Source: Neocallimastix sp. 'constans'
Taxonomy: Eukaryota
Direction: 5' to 3'
DNA: 64,000 nucleotides
Assembly (NCBI GenBank): GCA_050613775.1
Contig: JBODTK010000130.1
Location: 1-64,000 of the forward strand
Positions 37,591 to 50,971 of this stretch are shown one piece after another. The notes beneath the pieces were generated by a model. The model did not search any database, was not told the origin of the DNA, and worked only from the letters and a program-made list of their open reading frames with translations. A program made the translations under genes and the position numbers. The first letter of the stretch is position 1; every line of letters starts with the position of its first letter.

Positions 37591-39240
37591 TTAACCAAAT
37601 TTAGATTTTATGCAAGTAGGGGAAGTAGATGAATACGATGGTTTAGCCATTTTTTTTAAACATCTCCAACCATTTTTGAAATCTTTATTCAAAAAATAAT
37701 TACCAATTTTTACTATATTAGCCTTAAATCTAGCAGAACGAAATTTGCTCTTTGTTTTCTTGATTAATTTGCAAAGTTTTTCATATTTATTAAATTGTTC
37801 AAGGTAATTATCAACATTTTCACAGTTAAAGTAAGGCTTAATATTTCGAAATGCAATATGTTTTTCATGAGACAGTTTTTTGATGTAAGAAGGACAATGA
37901 AAGGCAGAGCCCTTTAAATATGTTGGAATGAAAGCCTTAATATCTTTCCCGATATTATTTGCTGTATTGATAAATTTTTCTACCATTTCATCAGCCGTGA
38001 GCGAATTGTAATGAGAATCGAGGTCATTTGCTAAGATTGAAAAATAATTATGTGATAAAATATCTGAATTTTTTGTTTTACAAATATGTGTAGACCATTT
38101 AGAGACTTTAGCAGGCCTAATAAAGCCATCGGAGAGAACTATGTTGCAAGAAAGTAAAATAAGTTTATGATCAGAAATACCATAAAATGAAGTGTAAACC
38201 GAGGTTTTATTAAAATAAGCTGCCAAAGCCTCATTATAGATGACATGGTCAATGCAAGATGATCTAGTATCTTTGGCATAAGTAAATTGATTACCATATA
38301 AGGGAGCAATATACCAATTAGGAAAATTATTTGAAATGTATGTTTTGATCTTCTTTAATGACATGTTAAAATCACCAACTAGGACAGCAGGAACGTCTTT
38401 TCTATTGTGAAAACGTAACCATTGAGAAAGTTCATCAAAAGCAGCTAATCTTTCTTCCTTCCATTTGCTTTGAGGGAAGTAGATATTACCAATAGTACAT
38501 TTTTGATTCCAGAAAGAAGTAATATTTACTGAAATGATATATTTGTATAAAAGCGGTTCTTGGAAGAAAGAGCACAAAGAATGAACACCAATAAAGAGTC
38601 CTCTCATACCAGGGATTTTAGGATTAGCTCTAAGGAAAACTGAGTTGTAATATGGGATTAATGGTGATGAAATATCTTTTGGAAGATATTTACTTTTTTC
38701 AGTTTCTTGTAAACAGATACATATAGGTTTAAAAGTGGAGTTGAGATATAAAATACTATCACGCTTTTCAGTATTCCAACCGTTAATATTCCAACTAACA
38801 CAGAGATTAAAGAAAAAAGAATTTGAATTTAGATGGCTAGAGAAAAAATTTTTCGCCATAGGATTAAGTTCAACATCAATGATATTAGATTTTCTTGACT
38901 TGTTCATTTGTTTAAGTTTATTACACAAGGTCCAGGTAATTTTAGCTGTTTCAGGAATTTTATCTCTTAAGAAATCTAAAACATCAAAAAATTTGAGATC
39001 ATTTTTGTGCTTATTAACCCTAATAATGAAGTATGAGCCGTACCTTGGAGGAAAAAGTTTTTTAACATATGGAATAATTTCATTGTAGTTAGGGATCTTA
39101 CTAATAACTTGAGCCAATAGATTGGTAGGGGACCAAGAATTAAGGTTATGGATAAAGATAAGGCTATAATTGTTCATATGATTACCGAAGCAGTAGAAAC
39201 CACGATGGAAGGGAGTAGTATTAACTGAGCTAGAAAGCAT
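37591..39240 (-). pseudogene. LINE endonuclease (EEP/APE) portion
   Basis: 549-aa ORF with APE motifs, ending at a premature stop. Confidence 0.85.
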
Positions 39241-39732
39241 CCTTGTTTAGAGTTTGATGATAACAGAACCGACTTAATTTCCATTTATTGTGAATTGATT
39301 ATAAGGATTGTATACCAAAGAATTATATATAAAATATTAACATTTAAGTTTACTGAATATAAAAGTTAATTGTTTCACATGAATTGAATTTCCTAAGATA
39401 TATTAAAAAACGATATTAGTGAAAAAATTATTTATTCAATAAAATATAATGTAAAATAATATATTTATTTAAAGTAAAAAATATTTTAAAATGATATGAA
39501 AATTAAAAATACCTAAAGTAAAAATTTATATAGAGATATAAAGTAAAATATATAAAGATAAAAAAAAAATATATATATATATAGAGAGAGAATAGAAAAA
39601 TTTTAGAAATATAAGAGAAAAAAATAAAAACAATATTGTTAGTAGTATAGTGTAAAAAATTCTTTTGATTGAAAAATTGATTTAAAAAACTATAGTTATG
39701 ATTTATTTAAAAAGATAAAAATTGCATTAAAA

Positions 39733-41849
39733 ATTAAAAAGTAATTTAGATTTTTTTTTTTTTTTTAGACTTAGAGAATAACTTTATTTAATTTATAATA
39801 ATAATAAAATTACATGATTTTAAAGGAAAAAGAAATAATAAAATACATGAAATAAAATATTATATATTATAAAATTATAAAAGTGCATTAGAAGCAATAG
39901 CCTCTAACTTTTCCCATTCCTCGATAATAACACCACATCCATTATTGCGAGAAATAATTTCAGTATTAGTGTTATCAATCGAATCTGTATCTGTCATTTC
40001 ACTGGGAGGTGAAAATCCATGCCTTATCATTTCGACGTCGACGCTCTTGGTATCGGTAGATTCAACGGAATACCATTTCATCATCAAACTAAAAGATCGA
40101 TAAATTAATGGTATTACGTTTGGAACAGTTGACGAAGTTGAACTTTGTTTAAAAATATTGTCAACTAATTGTCTTAGTTCCCCATCATTAGTTTTAATTT
40201 TTGAATATATTGAACGCCCACCAAGAAGCATAATATATAACAAGACTAAGAATAAACGAAATTAAAACATATTTCTTCAATGGGAGAGGAACAGATTTAT
40301 TAATAAGAAATCGAAAGTACAAATTTAACTTGACATTTAAATTACTGTTTAATTTTTATTGTATAGGTTTCAGTGATAAAAATTCATCAAAAGGAATACC
40401 AAGATAGGTATAGTTGTCAGTTTTAGGTAATTTTTTACTACCAATAAAGAAAGATGGATCTTCATAATTTATCGGTTTAACAAAGTTAATTGGTTTTACA
40501 ACAAGAGTAGCACACTTATTAATTCCAAAAGTCATTTCATTCTTAATAGCCCATTCATGAACTTTATTCAAAATTTTCTTAAGAGCTTGTTTAGATGGAG
40601 CAACTAAAACAATATCATCCGCAAAAAGTCCACCACAACAATATTGAGAATCTAAATATTGACCATACTTATCACAATTATCCAGTATATCATTAATGAA
40701 CAAATTGAATAAAATAGGAGATAGAGGGCATCCTTGTCTAACACCACGATTAATCGAAAATTCTTCTGAGAGATTACCATTTTTTTTTTTTTTTTTTTAG
40801 ACTTAGAGAATAACTTTATTTAATTTATTATAATAATAAAATTATATGAATTAAATGAAAAAATAACAAATAAAATACATGAAATAAAATATTATATATT
40901 ATAAAATTATAAAAGTGCGTTAGAAGCAATAACCTCTAACTTTTCCCATTCCTCGATAATAACACCACGTCCATTATTGCGAGTAATAATTTCAATATTA
41001 GTGTTATCAATCGAATCTGTATCTGTCATTTCACTGGAAGGTGAAAATTCATGCCTTATCATTTCGACGTCGACGCTCTTGGTAACGGTAGATTCAACGG
41101 AATACCATTTCATCATCAAACTAAAAGATCGACAAATTAATGGTATTACGTTTGTTAGAAACTCCGCAATCCCCACAAAATACGGAACAGTTGACGAAGT
41201 TGAACTTTGTTTAAAAATATTGTCAACTAATTGTCTTTGTTCCCCATCATTAACTTTAATTTTTGAATATATTGAACGCCCACCAAAAAGTGCACTCAAT
41301 ATATAATAATAAATATTATTATCATAATCCTTTTCTGAATCTAAAGAAACATCCAAGGATTTTTGTTCAATTATCATAGCAAACTTCAAAAAGAGATCAT
41401 CTATAAAAGGTAAAGATTTATTTCTGTAATTTTCCAATTCTTTACAGGCAAAGATCCAGTGAGAAAAGCTAGGTACACTAACACCACAACAAGGGCAACA
41501 TTTAGGGCAATCTTCTGAGATGATTTTTCTTTTAATGGAAATATTAATGTCAAATTTAAAACCACACCTAATTCGAGAAATCCAAAAGAATCCCAATTGA
41601 TACTTAGGATATTGAAATGTTAAGTTTCTGATTTCTGAAATAAATCCAAAATCATTCTCCTTGTAAATAATTGCTTTTTTGGCTTTTGAAGGTTTGAAGA
41701 TATCTCTTTCCCAATAAAACTTTTTTATTTCACTTGTTTTCTTACCATTTAATTTCTTATCCAAAGTCCTTGATGGGCATCCTTGTCTAACACCATGATT
41801 AATCGAAAATTCTTCTGAGAGATTACCATTAAAAAGTAATTTAGATTTT
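39733..41849 (-). mobile_element. 5'-truncated, internally deleted LINE (outer copy) with poly(A) tail and 22-bp TSD
   Basis: T-run at 39751-39766, 3' UTR and C-terminus to ~40240, RT fragment 40356-40781 (LFADD). Direct repeat ATTAAAAAGTAATTTAGATTTT at 39733-39754 and 41828-41849. Confidence 0.85.
40726..41830 (-). mobile_element. 5'-truncated LINE (inner copy, same family) with 56-bp flanking direct repeat
   Basis: T-run ~40780-40798, same 3' UTR as outer copy, Cys-rich CPKCCPCC..HWIFAC. 40726-40781 matches 41775-41830 with one mismatch. Confidence 0.85.
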
Positions 41850-42965
41850 ATTATTATAGTATTTGCTGACCCCCTCAGAAACCATTCCATAAATGTATTA
41901 ATCTTATAAAAAAAATACATGATATTATTAGTAACGACACACTTATTTTCACTATCATTAATGTTTTTTTTTTTTTTTTTTTTTTTAACGGCAGCAAACT
42001 TGTTTCATCTTTATTAATTAAATATTTGATAAAATACATGTAATAAAATAATAAAAAAAAAAAAGATAAAAAAATAAACAAAAAAATAAAACACAAAATA
42101 AAATAAAATAATGGTATAATATATTCTAGTTTCATTTAATTAATATTAGTAAGACTTCACAAGGGCAATTATTATACTGAAGTATAATAATTAATTTTGA
42201 CTTCGCAATGTTAATCCTAATTTTAAGATACAAAATTATGATCTTCATTGGTTGCGATCATTAATGTTATAATTCCTATTCCTATTTTTACCTATCAATA
42301 CTATTACCATTAATTACTAATATTATTTCTATTGCTATTAAAATATTATAAAAATATTTAAAACTAAAAATTATGTTATATCTTATATCTTATAAAAAAA
42401 TAAATATTAAATGTATTTCATTCTGAAGTATACACACACACACTTTTTAAAAAAATGCAAAATAAAATTTTTTATAATATATATATACAAACTTCTTTTT
42501 TTTTTTTTTTTTTTTTTTAATTATTTTTATTTTTATTTTCTTTTTATTTATTAAATTTTTTTATTTGGTAAATTTATAATTATTATTATTTTTTTTTTTT
42601 TTTTACAATTTTTCCATTTGTTATTTATTTTTTTATCTTTTTTTTATCTTTTTTTTTGTTATATTTGTTAAATATAATAAAAATTATTTTACATAAAAAA
42701 AAAATAATAAATTTTTTTTACAATTTTTTTTTACTTTTATTTTGCGTGTTTTATATATATATATAATATGAATTTCAATTTTTTTTTTTTTTTACCATTA
42801 TTTTACAATAAATAAAAAAAAATTTTTTATATATGTTTTTAAATTTATGGGGAGTTATATATTAATGGGAATTTGTACTATATAATATATTGGGATAAAA
42901 ATTTTATATATATAATAATGATAAATATTATGTTTTTATTAATCTTTTAGTTTTTATAAACTACT

Positions 42966-45900
42966 TCATGGTAAGGTAGCTGGAACAGTACATGGCTTAA
43001 TCTTCCAAATCTTTTCAGCGTATTCATTAATAGAACGGTCACTACTGAATTTAGACATACCAGCAGTACATAAGATAGACTTCTTAGCCCATCCAACCTT
43101 GTCCTTGTAGGCTTCATCAGCATCAGCTTGAGCTTCAATGTAGGAAGCAAAGTCCTTACTGATTAAGTAGTAATCACCACCAACAGTTAAAGTAGCAACT
43201 AATGGTTCAAAGATCTTTGGATCACCAAAGGTTCCCTTTTCAATAGCATCTAAGACGTTACGAAGATCTGGGTCCATTTCAATCTTTCTGTAACGGTTCA
43301 AGTGACGAATGTCTTCAACTTCATCGGCCTTAACACCAAAGAAGAAGATATTTTCTTCACCAATTTCTTCACCAATTTCAATGTTAGCACCATCAACAGT
43401 ACCAAGAATGATACCACCGTTTAAGACAAACTTCATGTTAGAAGTACCAGAAGCTTCAGTACCGGCAGTAGAAATGTGTTGAGAGATATCACTAGCTGGA
43501 ATAATGATTTCAGCTAATGAAACGTTGTAGTTTGGAATAAAGACAACCTTTAAAACATCTCCTATTTCTGGATCGTTGTTAACAACTTCACCAACAGAGT
43601 TAATTAACTTAATAACTAACTTAGCAATGAAGTAACCTGGTGCACTCTTACCAGCAAAGACGACTAAACGTGGAACTTCCTTAGCTCTTTGTTCTGGAGT
43701 CATCTTCTTAAGACGAAGGTAACGGTGAATAACACCAAGAATGTTCATAAATTGACGCTTGTATTCGTGAATACGCTTGACTTGAATATCAAAGAGGGAA
43801 TCTGGAGAAACTTGAATAGAAGTAATGGAGTGAATGTAATCTGCTAAACGAACCTTGTTTTGACGTTTAATAGCCATCCACTTCTTTTGAACTTCTGGAT
43901 CATCAGCATATTGCTTCAACTTTTTAAGTTGTTCAAGATCTCTGACCCAACCGTCACCTCCTAACTTAGAGGAAATGAATTCACTAAGAGCTGGGTTACA
44001 TTGGTGAAGCCATCTACGTGGGGTAATACCGTTAGTAACGTTAGTGAACTTGTTACCTTCGTAGTATTCAACAAAGTCAGCAAAGATAACATTCTTAATA
44101 AGGTTGGAGTGAAGTTCAGCGACACCATTAACAGTATGAGATCCAACAATGGCAAGGAAGGCCATACGAACATTTTGTGGGTGACCTTCTTCAATAATAG
44201 ACATACGTCTGAGACGATCACGATCACCTGGGAATTTCTTTTCAACCTTTTGAAGGAAGAAGAGATTAATATCGAAGATGATCATCATGTGACGTGGAAG
44301 TAAGTCTTGAATTAATGGAACAGCCCAACGTTCTAAAGCTTCTGGTAAGACAGTGTGGTTAGTGAATGAGAAAGTCTTAGTGACAATATCCCAAGCATCA
44401 TCCCATGAGAGACCTTCTTCATCAATTAAAATACGTTGTAATTCTGGAATACCAAGAGTTGGGTGAGTATCGTTAAGTTGAATAGAAACTTGGTATGGGA
44501 AGTCAGACCATGGACGGTTAGTCTTCTTGAAACGACGAATAGCATCTTGGAGAGTAGCACAAACGAAGAAGTATTGTTGTTTCAAACGTAAGATCTTACC
44601 AACCATATGGTTATCATTTGGATAAAGAACAGAAGTAATGTTTTCAGCAGACTTTTGTTCTTCAACAGCCTTTTCGTAGTTACCTTCGTTGAACATGGTG
44701 AAATCAAATTCTCTGGCTGGCTTAGCACTCCATAAACGAATGTTAATGGTGTTCATAGTACCGTAACCTGGAATTGGAACATCATAAGCGACGGCAACAA
44801 CCTTTTCACCACCTTCCCAAACGTAGGAAATAGTACCATCTTCTTCGGTTACCTTATTGACGTAACCACGGAAACGAACTTCGTAGGAAACATCTAATCT
44901 TTCAATTTCCCATGGGTTACCAAAGTTCAACCAATAATCTGGGAATTCAGTTTGGTAACCATCAACAATAAGTTGTTTGAAGATACCGTAGTTGTATCTA
45001 ATACCGTAACCCCAAGCTGGATAATCAAGGGTAGCTAAAGAATCCATGTAACAGGCAGCTAAACGACCTAAACCACCATTACCTAAAGCAGCATCAACTT
45101 CTTCACCAATAAGGTCTTCAAGACGGAAACCTAATTCATCAAGAGCCTTCTTGTAAATATCCTTAACACCTAAACTTAAAAGACAGTTATCAAGGGAACG
45201 ACCAAGAAGGAATTCAAGAGAAAGGTAGTAAATACGCTTTGGATCTTCTCTGGTATGGTGTTGTTGAGTAATATTCCATCTGTCAATAAGACGGTCACGT
45301 AAACTGTAAGCAGTACCTTGGTAAGAACCAAAGTTATCCATGTTGAATGCAGTTCTAGCAAAAGTCTTAGTAACATGTCTTAAGAAAGACTTTTGAATTG
45401 CAGAAATTTCTAAATAAATAAATATTTAATCATAAATAATTAGTTTACATAATTTTCGATAAAGTATTATTTTTGAAATTAAAGGAAAATTTATAAACAT
45501 TCAAACACTATTCAATTTGTAATATCTTCAACATTTTCTTATTTATACATATACTTTTCATCTCCTTTCATTATTTTACTTCATTCCCCTTTCTATTTTA
45601 TTTTTATCTATCAATTTATCGTTCTATTATCCTCTATTCCATTACTTTAAATTTTATTATTTATTTCCCTCTATTCTTTTTTTTTTACTCCTCTTTTGTT
45701 TTTTTTTTTTTTTAAATTCACTACTTTTTTATTTTTTTTATTTAATATACATTATTATTGTATTATACTTTTCCAAATATTTATCCTATTTTTTATTTAC
45801 TTTTTCTTATAATGTAAACAAATGTTATTTTTATTAAATATATTTTTATTATTATTTTTATTTACCAGCTGGTTCTGGAGTTTCAAATTCCTTCCAGAGA

Positions 45901-46004
45901 TGAAGAGATTCTGGTGGTGGAAGCCATCTTGGTTGTTGATGTGGTAAAATACCAGTAGCACATCTTCTGTGATGGTCATCCTTAGTACTCATGAATGGAA
46001 GCAT
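42966..46004 (-). CDS. GPH1: Glycogen phosphorylase, two exons (46004-45866, 45409-42966), 860 aa predicted
   Basis: [32 protein letters not shown] and the PLP site [14 protein letters not shown] intron 45865-45410 joins in frame ([19 protein letters not shown]). Confidence 0.96.
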
Positions 46005-49000
46005 CTTGATTAATTATTTATTTATTATTATTAATATATATAAATTAATTGTTCTTTTATTTATTTGCTTTGTTTTATATTATTTTTCTTTATTTGCTAT
46101 ATACAATAACAATTATTGTTTCTTTTTATAAATTATTTTATAAAAAATTATATTTTCTTTCAAAATAATAGATATATTTTCAAATTAATATCCCAATATA
46201 TTTTTTATGATTCTTATTTTTTTTCTTTTATTCCTTAAAAAAAGTTATTTTTAAGAATAAAGGAAAAAACAAAAGAAAAAAGTGTATCAATAAATACTTT
46301 TTTCTTCTTTTATATAAAATTAATTTTTTATATATATAAATTTAATTATTCACTTTATTTTTTTTTTAATTAATTATTTTCCATATTATAATTAAAATAA
46401 TTTAATATTTTTTTTATAATTAAATTTTTTAATTTATTTTTCTTTTTTTTCTTTTTTTTTTTAATTTATTTCCTATATAATTTGTAATTATATTTTATAT
46501 ATGTATCCAATATATTGATTTCTATTTATTTAATAAATTTAAAAAAAGTATTGATACGTATATTGATTTTGTATACATTAAATTACATTCTAATTTTTTA
46601 ATTTTTTTATAAAAAATTTTTTCAATTAAACTTTATAAAGTTTTTATATATTAAATAATAAATTCTAAAATTATTTAGTAAAAAGTTCATTTAAACTTTT
46701 TAAGCTTCATTTCCTTATAATAATATATATATTCAATTTACTATTTATTATTTATTATTTATTATTTATTATTTATTATTTATTATTTATTATTTATTAT
46801 TTACTATTATTATTTATTATTTATTATTTATTATATATTTATTTATTTATTATTTTAAATTTTTCAGTTATTGCCATTCATTCATTTATACATTATTCCC
46901 ATATATAACAATATAATTAATTAAAAACTTTTATTTTTTATCTGAATTCAAATAAAATTTTTGCATTTATTAAATTTATTGGAAAACGTGAATATAATCT
47001 AATATATGTTAATAATATATTATCATATATTATTATATAATTAATTTTTTATTTTTATTTAATTATGAGGATGATCCCTCTAATGTAATTAAAAAAATAA
47101 CTTTAATTATACATATGGTATGTATTATACACATAACATGTAACAACCATTTTTAATTGTTCTTAAATACAATAATCTACTTTTTTTTTTTTTCTGTGGT
47201 AACTGTAATTGAATTAAAAAATATTATCTTTTCTCATGATACTACCTAACGCCCTCCTATTAATCACTAATACTATCATAGTCTAAACTTTAAAATTTTA
47301 TTTCATTATTAATTTTCTTTTTTTTATATATATATATACCGCTTATTTTCATTAACTATTATTGATAACTTTTAAAAATATTTATTCTTTTCAATAAACT
47401 TTGAAAAAATTTAAACTTTTTTATTTTATCATAATTTATTTTCAAATATAGTATATATTTATTTCTATATTATTATTTACATAATTATCTATACATTTTT
47501 TCTTTTTTTTTTTTTTTATTCTGTTTCTGATCAATTGCATTTTTTTTTTTTTTACGGATAATCTTCTTTATAAACAAAACACGTATTCATTTATTGTAAC
47601 ACATTTATTTACATATATATATATATATATTACTTCTCATTTATTACTGATTACCTATTATTACTTATTAAATATTTATTTTCTATTTATATATGGATTA
47701 CTAATTAATTATTTTCTATTGATTATTGATTATTTATTTTGGTCTATTTATTATTTGTTATTTATTTTGGAATACATAGTATTGATTAAATAGTATTTAC
47801 TATATATTTATTATTTACTATTGATTATTTATTATTTATAATTGATTATTTACTATTGATTATTGATTATTGATTATTTATAACTAAATATTATTATTTA
47901 TTAATTTCTTAATATTAATATTCTATTACTATTTCTATCAGTATTATTACTATTAATTATTAATTATAATATAAACATAATTATATTTTAATATATCAAC
48001 TTTATTACATTATTAATTTAAAATATATTATACGGATGTTTGTAAAATTATCTATCTATTTTTTATATTTAATACATCTGTTTATTATTTATTAATTTAT
48101 TTATTATTTTCTATTTTTTCCTTGCTTTAAATATATTATTATATATTCATTATATCGATTGTTTATAATTCTTATATATTGTTTTCTATTTTTAATATTT
48201 TTTCTGTATTTTTTTAAAAAAATGTTTCTGATAATTTTTAATTATATCACGTGATATCTTATTATATATTTATAAACTTTATTCTATAATAATTTTTAAA
48301 TTTATTAAATGTAATTTTTTTTTTTAATAGTTCAATAAACTAAAAAAAAAAAAAAATACTAACTCTAAAACTAATAATTGAATAATGAAAATTCCTTTTT
48401 ATTATTTGATATTCCAATTAATATTATACTATTAATATCGATTCTATATGAACTTATTCTATTATATTATCTTTGTTGACTTTTAAAAAATTTATTTTCT
48501 AATTTTTTTTTGTTTCATGCTTTTTCTTTATAAAATAAACAATTCTCGATATTTTTTTTATCAATATATAAATTGTGGATGTTTTTTTTTTTTTTTTTTT
48601 TACTAATTGTTATTGTATATATCTATTAAATATTATTTGTTATTTATATGTGAAAGATTATAAAAATTTACCTTGATTTATTTATTTATTATATATAAAA
48701 ATGTTATGTAGTACGTAAAAAAAAAGAAATTCCCAAAAATAAAAAAAAGATTTTTTTATTTATTTTACTGTTTTTTAAATCTATATAAACAAAATAGATT
48801 AAAAAATGTATTAACAATGTGTTATAGGTGTAGAAGCAAAAGAAAAAGAAAAGAAAAAAAAGAAAAGTAAAGAAAGAAATATTTTTAGCTTATATAGTTA
48901 TAGGTAAAAATAAAGTTGTAAAGTTATTGTATAATTACATTAAAAAAATTTTAAAATATATATATATATATATTTTTTTTAAAAAAAAAAATCTTATTAT

Positions 49001-50177
49001 ATTTTAAATATATAATAACTTTGCATAAATAAAATTTTATGTAATATTATTTAGAAAGCATAGTCTTTTATCCTTGTATATAATATGAACAATGCTTCTG
49101 ATTAAATACTTATATTATTATATTATTATAGAGTAATAAAAAAATCTTATTTACATTATAATGGTTTTATGTATACTTATTAATAGATTTTTATTAATAG
49201 ATATATTTATAATTATGATACGTTTTCGTTATTGCGTAAAATAACTTTTTTTTATTAAAATGTTTCTTATATATATTTTTTTTTATAATTTTTATTATTT
49301 TACAAACTTTTATATAAAAAGTTTTTTTTTTTTAACTACCCTTTTTTTTTTTTTTTTTTTTTGAAGAAAAACAAATGAAGAAATTGGTTGCTTTTTATAC
49401 AACAAAAATAAAATAAAGACCAATTAATTAATTATTTAATAAGAGTTAAAAAATATAAAAGTCTTAGAAGTTTTATTAAATTTTAAATCATTTAATGATA
49501 AAGATAATAATATATTATTAAAATAAGAATAATAAAAAGCAGGATAAATTAAAAACATTTATAAGATTGTTTATTGATATAAAATTTTTTTTTTTTTTTT
49601 AATAAAAGAGACTATTTAATCATAATTAAAGAAATAAATATGAATTTAATATATTAATAATAGATAATGACTTTCAAGTAAGGAGAAATAAAATATATAA
49701 AAAAAAAAAGCACTCAAAAATAACAAATCTTTTTAATATCAGTTTATTAATTATCAAAATATTACAATATCAGTATTAATTATGAAAATATTTAAAAAAA
49801 TAATAAGATATTAAAGTCAAATCGATTTCGTATATTAATATATATTATTATGATAACATAAATATTAAAATACATATATATATTTATAAACTTAAAAAAC
49901 TTTTAAATTATTTTTAATAACAAGTAAAAAAATAAAAAAATGTTTATTAATTATTAATTATTATCTATTTAAATATATAAAATTTATTTTAATTTGATTT
50001 TGATAAATTTAAATAATATTAAAGTTTTTAAGTTTTTATTTAATTACTTAATTTTTTTTAAATATTTTTTTTATTTAATATTTATTTAATTGTTAATAAT
50101 ATTGTATTATTAACAAAACAAACTGAATTTTACAAGAAAATATGAACTTCTACTGTAATAATTATATTATAAATTGT

Positions 50178-50248
<71 letters not shown>

Positions 50249-50621
50249 TAAAATTTGTTATTATTTAAAGAATAATATTTTTTTTTCTTATGAAATTTTT
50301 AAATTATTACATTAAAAAATAAAAATAACACAAAATAATTAATATAGTTGTGTAATTATATAATATTTATAATATAAAATGTTAAAAAAGTTTATGTTTT
50401 TTTTTTCTGGTTCAATATTTTTATATATTTATTTTTAGCAAAGTATAATAAGCAATACAGAAAATTAAATTAAATACGATATAAAAGTTTAAATATTAAT
50501 TTAAAAAGTATACTCCATCATACATAAAAATAATAATAATAAATCTAAATAATAATAAATAAATAAAATAAATAAATAAATAATAAAATCTTTGTATGAA
50601 AATCAGACCATTTAATTGTTT

Positions 50622-50654
<33 letters not shown>

Positions 50655-50935
50655 TTTATTACTAAAAAATGAAAATTTTAATAATATATTAGTAATTATT
50701 AATATTCTCTATATTTTATATAATATTTTTAAAAGACTAATGTTTTTTTTTTTTTTTTAATGTTGTTGATTAATATAATATTTAATATTAGTATTTTATT
50801 TTTTCTTTTTTATTTTAATCACTAATTTAATTATATAATAATAATAATAATTAATAATATTATTATTATATATTTAAAATAGAGTTTAATTTTAAAAATT
50901 TTTTTAAAAGAAATTTTTTAAACTTTAATAGATTT

Positions 50936-50971
<36 letters not shown>

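Larger units (their letters stand above)
35808..39240 (-). mobile_element. Non-LTR retrotransposon (LINE), APE endonuclease + RT, disrupted and 3'-truncated
   Basis: Endonuclease motifs SWNING, CLQET, GDFN, IDH, SDH; RT motifs KAPGPDGIP, NYRGISL, QFGFR, DLKKAYD, GVRQGCPLSP, FADD. Split into three ORFs; no C-terminal Cys domain or tail. Confidence 0.92.

Noticed and set aside
39241..39730. Separate LINE ORF1 or 5' ribozyme
   Set aside because: No ORF or GC-rich structured segment is visible upstream of the endonuclease ORF.
40907..41920. 337-aa ORF as a real gene
   Set aside because: Chance fusion of flanking DNA, the 22-bp and 56-bp repeats and the LINE C-terminus.
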